Source: Psammoneis japonica (lineage: Eukaryota). Taken from it: 64,000 bases of DNA. A model generated the notes under the pieces. That model saw only the letters and a list, made by a program, of their open reading frames with translations. It did no database searches and was not told where the DNA came from. Below are positions 12,217 to 23,944 of this stretch, piece after piece. The position numbers were made by a program, and so were the translations under genes. The DNA lies in NCBI GenBank assembly GCA_008632985.1, contig QPGO01000007.1, positions 248,001 to 312,000 on the forward strand, in the 5' to 3' direction. Numbering within the stretch: position 1 is the first letter of the stretch; every line of letters starts with the position of its first letter.

Positions 12217-13643
12217 CTATTTCTTAGTAGGCCCAATCATATTTTCGGGAACAATCCACTTGTCAAACTCGTCTGCCGTCAAGTATCCACTCGCCACGGC
12301 CGCCTCTTTGAGCGTCGTGTTGTTTTTGTGTGCCGACTTGGCAATTTCACTCGCCTTGTCGTACCCAATGTGCGGATTGAGTGCCGTAACCAGCATGAGA
12401 CTGCCGTGCAACAGACTGTGAATCTTGTCGTGATTGGGTACAATACCCTCGACGCACCGCGTCGCAAAGGACGCGGATGCGTCCCCGACGAGTCGGGCGG
12501 ATTGAAGCAAATTGGCAATCATGACGGGTTTAAACACATTCAATTCAAAGTGTCCCTGACAACCGGCAATGGAAATGGTGGTGTGGTTGCCCATGACTTG
12601 AGCACAAACCATGGTGAGTGCTTCGCACTGCGTCGGATTGACCTTGCCCGGCATGATGCTGCTGCCGGGTTCATTGGCGGGGAGCGATATTTCACCCAAA
12701 CCACAACGTGGCCCACTGCCCAAGAGACGAATGTCATTGGCAATCTTGTTGAGCGACGCTGCGACCGTATTGAGTGCGCCCGATACTTCGACAAGCGAAT
12801 CGTGAGCAGCGAGTGCTTCAAATTTGGACGGAGCGCTTACAAAGGGTAGATTGGTTTCCTTGGCAATGGCTTGTGCAATGGCAACATCGTATCCTTCTGT
12901 GGAATTCAAACCCGTGCCCACGGCGGTCCCGCCCAAGGCGAGTCTGTACAGAGACGGCATGGTGGCTTCGATGCGTGCGATACCATACTCGACCTGTTGG
13001 ACGTAGGCACTAAACTCTTGTCCCAAAGTGAGTGGCGTTGCATCCTGACAATGCGTACGACCAATCTTGACAATATCTTTGAATTCTTCTTGCTTTTGCT
13101 TCAACGCTTTTACAAGTGTCTTGAGTCCAGGCAGTGTCACTTCTACCAAGACTTTGGCCGCGGCAATGTGCATGGCGGTGGGAAACGAATCGTTGGATGA
13201 CTGTCCCTTGTTGACGTGATCATTAGGATGAACCGGATCCTTACTACCCACGGTACCACCCAACAACATAATGGCACGATTGGCCAAAACCTCATTGACA
13301 TTCATGTTGGTTTGCGTCCCGGACCCCGTTTGAAACGTCACGAGCGGAAAGTGCCGGTCCAGTGATCCGGCCGTGACTTCATGAGACGCGGCGGCAATGG
13401 CGTTTGCCACTTTGTCGTCCATGAGTCCAATTCTCGCATGATACAAGGCACAACACTTTTTAATCAAACACATGGCGTAAACCACTTGAAGTGGCATGCG
13501 AGATTCAATCCACCAATGGGAAAATTGCCAAGCGATCGTTGTGTCTGTGCACCCCACAAACAGCCCTTGGCAATCTCCAACGATCCCATCGAGTCACTCT
13601 CGGAACGAGGAGGAAGCTCTGTAATGTCATTCAGAGACGTCAT
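12217..13643 (-). CDS. fumC: Fumarate hydratase class II; frameshift near 13490; a presequence may extend upstream
   Basis: [39 protein letters not shown] and signature [16 protein letters not shown]. Confidence 0.96.
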
Positions 13644-14019
13644 GGTTCGAATGATACGACAAGCAGAGCGTTGTTGTTGTTGGAGCAAACGTCTTGAAAT
13701 AGTGGGGAGAAAACAATAACGTTGTGTCGAGGCCTGCGGATCGTTTTGAAATTTCAGGCAAATGCGTGGCGCAGAAAGATACCACCAACAACTACCAGAC
13801 ACGCACGTTGAATTCTACATACGGTAAGTACAAAGACAATCAGTAATGCGTCTGCCTGTTGACCGTTTTCCCGCCAAAAAAAATCCAGGGGGTGCGGAAG
13901 ACAGACCGAGAAGCGGGAAAGAATTGACCTGATGGTTGACCATGACGATTTATTGCGCCGCTACTGTCAATTCTCTCAACAAAATACCCTCCAGACAGAA
14001 CAAACCGTACCAGTCTATA

Positions 14020-16170
14020 ATGGAAGAAGGATCGTTAGTTCAAGAAGCCTTGCGTCATATGCAGGAGTATCGAGATGGATCCTTGCAACAAAACAATAAT
14101 ACGCTCGTGATGGACGCTTTTTTGCTCAAACAGCAGAGTGGCATTTCCATTCTAGAATTGTTTCAACAATTGGCACAATTGGCCAATTCATGGAACGCGT
14201 GGATTCAATCATTGTCATGGCCATGGCACATAGGTGGTGATGGATTGGTGTTTGGAGTACACGTTTCTTCGAATGCAAAAATATTAATACCGCACTTGAG
14301 AGCCACGTGTCGCTATGGTGAAAATGTAGCGGATGAGTGGTTTGCCATTTCCATTGCAATCGTCTTGACAGAACAACATTCCGATATTGTGCTAAAGTGT
14401 TGGGACGTAAATGATGGACAAGTTTTGTTGATTGAAAGTGCACTCGTGTTACCATCGTGGGTAGATGGTGACAATAATACAAGAATGCACGAGAATGTAT
14501 GCTGGATCAAACGAGGAAAAGTGACGCTACTCAGGAATAATAGCAAACGCCACGAACCAATACAACTCCATGATGCCTTGAAAATGCTGGATGGTTCAGG
14601 GCAAGAAACAAAAAATGTAGAAACCCCACCCGCCGTTCAAGAAGCCATACTCAATCGCATAAAGGACTTTGTTTCGTTTCTGAAACAACGAGACTCGCCT
14701 CCAAAGCACCTCTTGAAGGACTATCTGCATTGTTCAGCCTTTGCTGTACCACGCCGTGTTGCTCTTCTCATGAAGAAACGCCCAGACCTAGTCTCTTGTG
14801 CCGTCATGGCGTGGTTTCAAAAACAAGACAATGAAAACAACGACAAGATGCTCGGTACATTGATTGAGTTTGAAGATTTGGTTTGGACGACTCACACCTT
14901 GGGAAGAACGGCATTTTCCATGATGCAAAGCACCGCCACATGTACAATTCCAAGAGCGTACAAGTCGATGGAAGCCAATCGAATGAAGCGAACCTGTCAA
15001 ACGGAATCGACACCGCATTTGCGTCATGCGTTAGACCACGGAATGTACATTACAGCAGGATTGGAATGCCTCTTGTCGCATGACAAACAAGAAACGCCTT
15101 CTCGTAACACACAAGGACAAAGAATACTAGAGCACTGGGTACAAATCGATATTGCTTGTGGTGGGAATGGAGAATGGTTACGACAAGCGTGGGTTGCCGG
15201 ACCTAATCATGCCGTGTACGACCTGAAGGACTTGATGCAATGTCCTGTACACGAAACCGAGATTCGTCATGTTGCCAATCCATGTCCACTGACACATCCG
15301 GATGCATCGCTTCACGAACAAATCAAATCACAACTCAACAGCAAGGCCAATATAAAGACGGATAGTAGTTTTGATGTACCGCCAAAGCCTGCAGAGGTAG
15401 ACGACGATTCGTGGTTGCGGTTTGATAGTGTACAAGCCATGGATGAAGCAATGAAGGAGCAGACGAAACCCATCTCGCCTATAACACCGCCACATTACGA
15501 CGCGAAAACTGTGTCTCTTAACACCGAGCCGTCCCACCCTTCTGATAGTTCTGAAACACCAAATAATAATGTGGACCGCCTGACCAACATGCTTGGTAGC
15601 TTTCAAACCTTTGTTGACGAGAAGAGCGACGTCGAAGGTATATCGCACAGTAATGACAAGACCAAGACAGAAAGATTACGAGGGATCGACATTGATCAAT
15701 TGGAAGATGTACAGATAAATCCAAGAGTCTTTCTGAATCTGTTACATGCTGTATTGAAATCAAAAGACGGCTCCATGGTTTTTGAAAATGTTGCGCAACA
15801 ACCAAATGACCCTTATTTTAGCAAGGAGGACTACAATCTCTTCAACGAAGATGATGATGACTCATCAAACGACAGCGAGGAGGAAGTTGGGAAAGAGGAT
15901 CAAAATGGTGAATCTATGGAAGCAATCATGCAAGCAATGGATGACGAGTTGCGAGGGACGCAGGCATCCATGGTGATTGACAATTTGGACGACGACGAGA
16001 TTGGTGCAAATGACGGTGCCAATGACGAGGTTGCAATGGACACCCATATCTTGTCCAACCTTCTAGAGTCTTTGGATGCCAGTGGAGGGGGTCCAGGTCC
16101 TGTTCAAAACATCCTTACAGAAATGGGCGTTGATCCACCAAAGCCACCACCGGATGAAGCGCTAGACTAG
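14020..16170 (+). CDS. ECD: Ecdysoneless/SGT1 family protein
   Basis: YGENVADEWF, DGQVLLIESALVLPSW, DDDSWL, acidic C-terminus with NLLESLDASGGGPGPVQNIL. Confidence 0.85.
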   Translation: MEEGSLVQEALRHMQEYRDGSLQQNNNTLVMDAFLLKQQSGISILELFQQLAQLANSWNAWIQSLSWPWHIGGDGLVFGVHVSSNAKILIPHLRATCRYGENVADEWFAISIAIVLTEQHSDIVLKCWDVNDGQVLLIESALVLPSWVDGDNNTRMHENVCWIKRGKVTLLRNNSKRHEPIQLHDALKMLDGSGQETKNVETPPAVQEAILNRIKDFVSFLKQRDSPPKHLLKDYLHCSAFAVPRRVALLMKKRPDLVSCAVMAWFQKQDNENNDKMLGTLIEFEDLVWTTHTLGRTAFSMMQSTATCTIPRAYKSMEANRMKRTCQTESTPHLRHALDHGMYITAGLECLLSHDKQETPSRNTQGQRILEHWVQIDIACGGNGEWLRQAWVAGPNHAVYDLKDLMQCPVHETEIRHVANPCPLTHPDASLHEQIKSQLNSKANIKTDSSFDVPPKPAEVDDDSWLRFDSVQAMDEAMKEQTKPISPITPPHYDAKTVSLNTEPSHPSDSSETPNNNVDRLTNMLGSFQTFVDEKSDVEGISHSNDKTKTERLRGIDIDQLEDVQINPRVFLNLLHAVLKSKDGSMVFENVAQQPNDPYFSKEDYNLFNEDDDDSSNDSEEEVGKEDQNGESMEAIMQAMDDELRGTQASMVIDNLDDDEIGANDGANDEVAMDTHILSNLLESLDASGGGPGPVQNILTEMGVDPPKPPPDEALD

Positions 16171-16226
16171 ATATTCTAAAGCCAGTACTTTATAGCTTTA
16201 CCGAATGACGTACTTAATTACCTTCA

Positions 16227-18871
16227 CTACGACTCTGAGACTCCTTCGATAGCTTTGGCAATGACATCCACTTCGTCTTGTGACATGTCATCCTGTGGGT
16301 TTTGGGCTTTCGGCTTTCTTTTGTTTGGCTTGCCCCTACCCATTTTCTCTTCCAGTACTTCCTTTCGGCTCAATCTCAACTGTCCTTTATCATTGCGACC
16401 CAGATACTTAACTTCCAGCTCGTCCGTTTTCAAACTCGCAACAAATCCCTCGCAATTCCTCACCCTTTCGATGTGCAGCTCTGACACATGGCACAACCCT
16501 TCAAGGCCGGGTGTAGAGCCGTCTTCAGCACCGGGTAAAATCTCCAAAAACACGCCAAACGGATGAATGCCCGTAATCTTTCCCTTGTAAACTGAACCCA
16601 CCTCAGCATCCGGACCTTCATATTTCGCACGTGGAGGCCGGCCCCCTTTGCCACCCGGACCTCCCTTTCCACCGCCCCCCTCTACGAGATTCTTGCAAAA
16701 CTCTTCCGCCATTTTCAACATGGTCGTATTCATCGCCGTTATTTGTACAGCTCCATCCTCAGAAACGTCCATGTTGTTTAGGTCAAAGTCTTCAATGACT
16801 GCGCGAATTTGCTTACCACCGGGACCAATAATCTTGCCAATCGATTCCTCGGGAATAATGAATTGAGCCATTCTTGGAACAGTCGGAGGCAGCTCTTCGC
16901 GTGGTTTGTCGAGAACCTTGTCCATTTCGTCTAGGATGTGAAGCCGTCCTTGCCTCGCTTGTTCGAGCGCCTTTCCATCGTCTCTACAGTGAGTCCTTCA
17001 CATTTGATATCCAGCTGAAAAGTCGTAATACCCTCTCTGTTACCAGCCACTTTAAAATCCATCGTTCCAAGCGCATCTTCCACACCAAGAAGATCTGAAA
17101 TAATGACCGCGTTCTCGTCGGAAACTCCACCCTTATCTCCCAAGAGCATACCCATTGCAATTCCTGCTACTGGCGACTTGATTGGAACACCTGCATCCAT
17201 AAGAGCAAGAGCACCACCACAAACTGACGCCATGGAAGACGATCCGTGCGATTCGGTAATCAACGACTCTACGCGAATTGTGTAAGGGAACTCCTCTTCC
17301 GACGGCAGAGTAGGAATCAAAGCGCTGTACCGTAAAGAGTGAATGTCAAGTGAAACAAGCCAAATAAAGTGAGCATTGCATGTCGGCGACTAAGTTTCAG
17401 TAACATCGGCAGCAAGGACATCATCTTACCGTTCGGCCAAGTTTCCGTGTCCAACTTCACGACGACCGGGCATACCAACACGTCCAGTTTCTCCGACACA
17501 ACTTGGAGGGAAATTGTACTGGAGATAGAATCGCTTCTTGTCCATGCCATCCAGCGTTTCAACTTTTTGCTTCATACCGGAGTCTCCCAATGTGGCTGTG
17601 GCAATTGCTTGTGTTTCACCACGAGTAAAGAGAGCCGAGCCGTGAACACGGGGAAGAAAAGCCGTTTCCATGTCCAACCGTCTCACTTGGTCAAGCTTTC
17701 GTCCATCGCAACGCAATCCCGTATTCTTGGCTTGAAGGAACATGCGGCGGCACAATAAGTCCTTAAATGCTTTCTTAATGGCAATTTCTTCCTCAGGAAA
17801 CTCTTCTTCGAGCTCCTCCACGACGGCTTTTGATATGCTCGACATTAGTTCACTCTGTTCTGCCTTTTCGGCCTTCATGTTGTACATTTCATCCACGCGG
17901 TCCGTAAAAAGCTCATCGACGCGCTCCTGAAGTCCTTCAATTGGATCTGGGAGCGTAGAAAAGTTCTTTGTGACTCCTATGGCTTCTCCAAGCGCTTCGA
18001 TCCCCTCACAAAGTGTCTTTATCGCTTCGTGGCCGAATTTGATTGCTTCAATCATTGTTTTCTCTGGCAAAAAGTCAGCAGCACCCTCTATCATGAGAAC
18101 TGCATCCTTAGTGCCTGCAACAGTCAGCTGCAATTTACTTTGCTCCATGTCTTCGTTTGTTGGATTCAGAATCATCTTGCCGTCAACCATACCCACAGAA
18201 ATGGCAGCTACAGGTTTGGTCAGAGGCACATCAGAGATGTATAGCGCCGTTGCGCTGGCGGTAATTGCCAACGGATCACAAGAGCGAATTCCATCATAGG
18301 ATAGTACCCAGTTCAACAGCTGTGTTTCATGACGCCATCCGTCGGCAATGAGGGGGCGCAAAGGGCGGTCAATGAGGCGGCAGGTTAGAATTTCGTGCTC
18401 GGCTGGCCGTCCATCCCGTTTGTTAAAGGAGCCAGAGGTTGATCCTACACTACTGAACCTCTCTTGATGTTCCACAGACAAGGGCAAAAAATCAATTTGT
18501 TCCTTTGGTTTTTCATCTCTCGATGCGGTCGAGTATAAAAAGGTGTCACCACTTTCTAAAGTAATGGCACCTGCCGCTTGTCGGCCCACTTTTCCAGTTT
18601 CAAAGACGAGCGGCGGATGATCACCTGCACCTTCACCCAGCTCAACTGTTAATTGATAAACCTTTCCATCAGACGGACCGGTATTTGAAGTTTCAATAGA
18701 AAAAGAAGCACCTCCGCTGGAACCGTTCACCTCGGCATTGACAAAAGTTGGTGTTCGACGATCACCCCATGTTCTTTTCTGCGTTAACCGGTGTGTTTGG
18801 TGCGAAGTAAATGCTTCAGCGCAGCAACTCAAGACGAACAAAGTAATTGCTACAGATTCATCAAATCTCAT
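16227..18871 (-). CDS. pnp: Polyribonucleotide nucleotidyltransferase (PNPase), probably plastid-targeted; intron about 17326-17428; frameshift near 16950
   Basis: Signal peptide plus [69 protein letters not shown] (IGKIIGPGG) and S1 (EGLCHVSEL) domains. Confidence 0.95.
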
Positions 18872-19271
18872 CGTCAAATACCAAAAACAACACTACCACG
18901 TTGTAGTCCAAAAGACAACAATGAGGCCAACGTCAACAACAAACTGGTGCTCTCTCCAACTCACATCAACAACACGCACTGCGTTTGTTCCCACCACGCA
19001 CGCGTTCGAGCGGGCGATGGACAGACAAGAGTAAGCTCAGAACCTGACTGTTACCGCGCGCATTCGGGCGAGATTATCGCGCGCCTCGCAGCGGGTAGCG
19101 CGTTGGCGCAAGGCGCAATAACACGCAACACGCAGTCATCACGAGACAGGAAGACAGCAACAATAAATACCGACCACGGACTCTGTGTTGCGAACATTGT
19201 CAACCACTGTTTGTTCATCCGTTATTACTACTGAAGCATAAGCGGCACCGATAAGGGGAAGTTAGACTAAA

Positions 19272-19928
19272 ATGACGAATTCAAAAATGTGAGTAGTCGA
19301 ACGTGGAGTGCGTGTGTTTTGCACAGATCGCGATTTTTCTGAAGATTTCTACTGAATCTCATTTCTTCTCTGTTGATGCTTCTTTATCCATAAATTTGCT
19401 AGATCATTTTCCGTTGACTTATCATTGAAGGAGGGAAATGAGGGGTATGGTACGGTGCTCAAGTGCGAAGCACCCGTCGGTATGAAAGCTGTGCAGACTC
19501 TGGAACGACAGGGTGGCAGCGGAAGCTCAACGACTCTTTCGCAGCAACAACAGGAAGCTTTAGCAAACAGGAAACGCAACAAAGCCATGTCTATCGCCAC
19601 CAGTCCCGGAAAACAAATTCTAATGAACTCGTTCATGATGTGGATGTCGGGCAAGAGCCTCAATATCTTTAGCATTTCCATCACGAGCATGGCCATGATG
19701 AATCCAATCAAGTCGCTCCTCACCATGAATCAACAATTTGCGGCTCTGGAAGGAGTCGATTTGCAAATGCCAAAGCTTGTGTTTGTCGTACTCAATTTGG
19801 TTTGGTTTGGTGTTGGATTGTACAAGATGAGCTCCATGAGACTTTTGCCCACCACGAGCGCCGACTGGACGGGATCTGTAGTATGGAAGGAAATGATGGA
19901 GAGTAGCAGTATTCCGCCAATCTGGTAA
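19272..19928 (+). CDS. EMC4: ER membrane protein complex subunit 4; intron about 19289-19402
   Basis: [46 protein letters not shown]. Confidence 0.85.
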
Positions 19929-21038
19929 CAAGAAAAGACAACAATTGATACCTATAAAATAACTCCATACTGATCGATCTGCGTTGCTTTTATTCTGCTC
20001 GGAGAGCAACACTACACAGGAAGCTGGACGCTCGTGGCCAAAGCCTGTTACGAGGAGTCATGGTCGAAGTCTTGCGGATCTGAATTCATCTATCTGTTGG
20101 CCGCTTTCCATGATTCTTCTCTGCTTATTATCGTGCTTACTACTGCCATAGCTAGGAAGACAAGAAGCGGGATGTAGGTGATCCTCATCGTGGTCTTCAT
20201 GTCTTTGTTTCCGAGCTTCTTCTCCATACTTTTTAATTAGACTAAGGATCCGAATAAATTTATTTCCATGATGTCGCAGACAAGAGAACCCAATAAATAA
20301 ATGGTGGTGACGTGGCTCGAAGAAACTCCTAAATAGGGCAGTATGGTAATCCTTTTGTTTGTAGAATATCATAGAATGTCGTACCTTACAATTCTGTAGA
20401 GCCTTCGTACGTAAAAGCCAACGTTGAATTCCATACGAAAGTCGGCCAGGGCACACCGCGAATTTGTACGCACGCGCACTCGAAAAGGCCAAAAAGAGCT
20501 CCAACCAAGAGGCACTTTCACTCCTTCAGCAGAAAGCTCTCAGCGCGTTGACAGCATCATTGAAAGGCAAGGTGCGTTATTTCAGCACGGAACATGCTTC
20601 ATCGTGCTCTCGATGTATAATCAGTGCAAAACGAATGGCGCAACCGGAAATGCACAGCTTGTCGAATTGGTGATACCGCACTGGCACTTTGCCTCCGGCA
20701 TTGGATTTTCTTCATTTTTGTCTGAAATTTCGTAAAAAGGTCCCATTTCTGACGTTTTGGATTTCTTCTGTTTGTGTTTTTTTTTGTCAATGACGTTGTT
20801 GGCTCGGCAGCAGCGGTGATTTGCGTCTGCGTTTCAAGTTGATTGCGTTGCAGAGACTATCTCGAGAGGTTCCTCCGTGGTTACTGCAAAGGGGAGCTGG
20901 GGCTTTTGGAATAGGGTCAGGGATTGCTTTGGCGAAACCACAGTAGGCAACATACCCGGTAAACGGTACACGCGTTTCTCGCCACAGTGGCGTAGTGCGA
21001 AGGCTGAAATTGCTCGCCGACGAACGCACAGAAAAATC

Positions 21039-22255
21039 ATGGCTTATAATGATGATTCGTCTGCCTCGGGGCACGATGAACCGTGGATTCAGTGGTACGT
21101 TAGGCGTTCATATTATTTGTTTTGCGATGAATTTTTCGCGCTGATCTCACATTTTTCCTCCGCGAATCGAATCGACTTTCCGGAAAGGTTCTGCGGGCTA
21201 AAGGGACACGAGATGTTTTGTGAGGTGGAGCGGTCTTACATTGAAGATGGTTTCAACTTATACGGCCTTCGAGCCTGCGTTCAGAATTTTTCAGACTGTC
21301 TAGACCTTATTCTAGATCGTATCGGACCGGATGATTCCGACGATTCACATTTGACACAAAGTGCTTGTACCCTGTACGGACTGATACACGCAAGATATAT
21401 AATCACAGCTCACGGCTTGGATGCAATGTACAACAAGGTATGTTAAGCTTATGGACGTGTTAAGGCCGTTCTGCGACAATACGAGACCTTAAGTCAACTC
21501 AAACTTCTTCCGTCTCTCTCGCCCGATGTTTCCAGTATGCAGCAAAAGAATTTGGGACTTGTCCTCTTGTGCAATGCGCTGGTCAGCCGGTGTTACCGCT
21601 TGGTCTTAGAGATGAGATGGGCCAAGATACCGTAAAAATTTTCTGTCCAAAATGTCAATGTGTTTATCATCCACCGGCAATTCGGTCTCGTGGAGGCCAT
21701 CATGCTTCAATAGGGTCCGGAGGGAGTGGTGGCGTCGACGGTGCATCGTTTGGAACAACCTTTCCACATTTGTTTCTCATGACATTTAGCAATCTCGTGC
21801 CAGATCCGCTACCAGCTGGTTCAGCTTATGTTCCGCGAGTGTTTGGGTTTCGCGTACACCACAGCGCAAGACAACGACCAAATCCATCTTCTGCTGCACA
21901 GGCACAGCAAGCGTCAGCTAACACTTCGAGACGAGCAGTGGGTAGCTCATCAAGGAATAGGACTTCTTTAGCAGCAGCAGCAGCAGCCTCACCAGCAGCT
22001 CCTCCACAGGATGACTCAAAGGGAACCGAAAACGCAACAAAAGCAAACCTGAAAAGGGAAAGTGCTGCACCGGGGACACAGCAGGGGAGTGCTCATGAAA
22101 ACAATGTTGCAGCGGCAGATGAACGAAAGCCAAACGCAAAAAGAACAAGGCCTGATGGGGAGAGCAGCAACAAGAGCGCCAGCGCACAAGAGAATAGTAA
22201 TGAAAATGGCCTCGAAAACCGATCAAGACGACGAAAGCGACAAAACACAGCATAG
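21039..22255 (+). CDS. CKB: Casein kinase II regulatory beta subunit; introns about 21095-21187 and 21438-21535
   Basis: WIQW/FCGLKGHEMFCEV..YIEDGFNLYGL, LYGLIHARYI, zinc ribbon CP..C and KIFCPKC, DGASFGTTFPHLF, YVPRVFGF. Confidence 0.95.
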
Positions 22256-22440
22256 CAACAACGCATTTCTGGTGGGCTCGCGACGACTACTGTAATTTTT
22301 TAATCCTTTCTGTTAAGTAGTCGCTATCTTTGCTTCTACTTTCCTTTACATAATATCTACCTCTCTATCAATGCTGTGTGCAACTCACCATCTCTAAAAA
22401 AGAGTGGCGAGTAATGCAACGAAACAACAACACCACAAAT

Positions 22441-23944
22441 TTAGCCAACCTCCCTGAGGCTGGTTTCAATGATTCCAAGGCATTCATCCATTTCTTGTTC
22501 CGTAATGGTGAGAGGAGGAGCAAAGCGAATAATGTTGCCGTGCGTAGGTTTGGCCAAGAGCCCGTGCTCTGCCATTTTGAGGCAAACCTCCCAAGCCTTG
22601 CCCGTATCGCCATAGCTACTCTTTGGCTGATTAATCACAATGGCATTCAATAGACCGCGTCCACGAACAGATTCAATTGATGTCTCACCAATGAGGCTCT
22701 GCAGACCGTCCCGGAGTTGCTGTCCACGAACTTTGGAGTTCTCGGCGAGTCCCTCTTCACGGAGCACCTCCAAGGCTGCGGTTGCAACCTTGCAGGCAAG
22801 TGGGTTACCACCATAGGTAGAGCCGTGCTCACCGGGTTTGAGTGTTAGCATCACTTCATCCGATGCCAACACTGCAGACACTGGGAGAACTCCGCCAGAA
22901 AGAGCCTAAAAAAGTAGGTAAGCGTGTTCGATGAGAAAAGTGAAAACACACAGTCAAAGAAACAATACACAGTACGCCGCCTTTACTCTCACCTTTCCAA
23001 GAACCACGATATCTGGTTTGCATTCATCATGATCCACGGCCAACTCGTACCCCGTACGGCATAGACCAGTCTGAACCTCATCGGCAATAAGGAGCACATT
23101 GTGCTTGGTACAGAGCTCCTTAGCCTCGGCCATGTACCCGTCATCTGGAACCACCACACCAGCCTCACCCTGAATGGGTTCCACCATGAAGGCGGCAATG
23201 TTTTCTGCATCTTTCGATAGTTCGGATTCGAGTGATCCCAAATCATTAAAGGGCACATGAGAAAAGCCAGGCATGTAAGGTCCAAAGTCCCGAAAGGCGG
23301 TTGGATCGTTGGACGATGACACGGCGGCCAGCGTGCGTCCCCAAAAGTTTTGATTGGCAAACAAGACGCGGGCCTTGTTGCTGGGAATTCCCTTGACCTG
23401 ATAACCCCAGCGACGAGCCAACTTGACCGCCGTCTCGCCGCCCTCGACACCCGTGTTCATGGGCAAGACACGATCGTATCCAAAGTAATTGGTAATGAAT
23501 TCCGTGTAAGGACCGAGGCTGTCGTTGAAAAAGGCACGAGAAGTCAAGGTCAACTTGGGCGCTTGTGTTGTTAACGCTTCGATGATTTTAGGGTGGCAGT
23601 GTCCCTGATTAACAGCGGAATACGCCGACAAGAAATCGTAGTAGCAACGGCCATCGACGTCAAAGACCCGAGTGCCTGTTGAAAAAGCAAGCGAATTAGG
23701 TAGCATCATCTGAGACGAATCAGCTCTGCATTTTTCGATAGGAAATTCACATAATACAATACTTACCCTCTCCTCGGGCAAGAACAACAGGAAGCGGGTG
23801 ATAATTGTGTGCTCCGTACTTATCCTCTAGATTCATGCATTTTGCGGCAGCCTCTGAGGGAACAGGCTCGGATACGGCTGCGGTCGAGAGCCATCGAGCG
23901 GAAACCGCACGACGCCCCAGAAAATGGCGTGTAGCAGTCAACAT
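22441..23944 (-). CDS. OAT: Ornithine aminotransferase (mitochondrial presequence); introns about 22906-22992 and 23676-23766
   Basis: [72 protein letters not shown]. Confidence 0.96.

Noticed and set aside
20058..20790. Protein-coding gene between EMC4 and CK2 beta
   Set aside because: Only short ORFs on both strands with no recognisable motif; cannot be supported.
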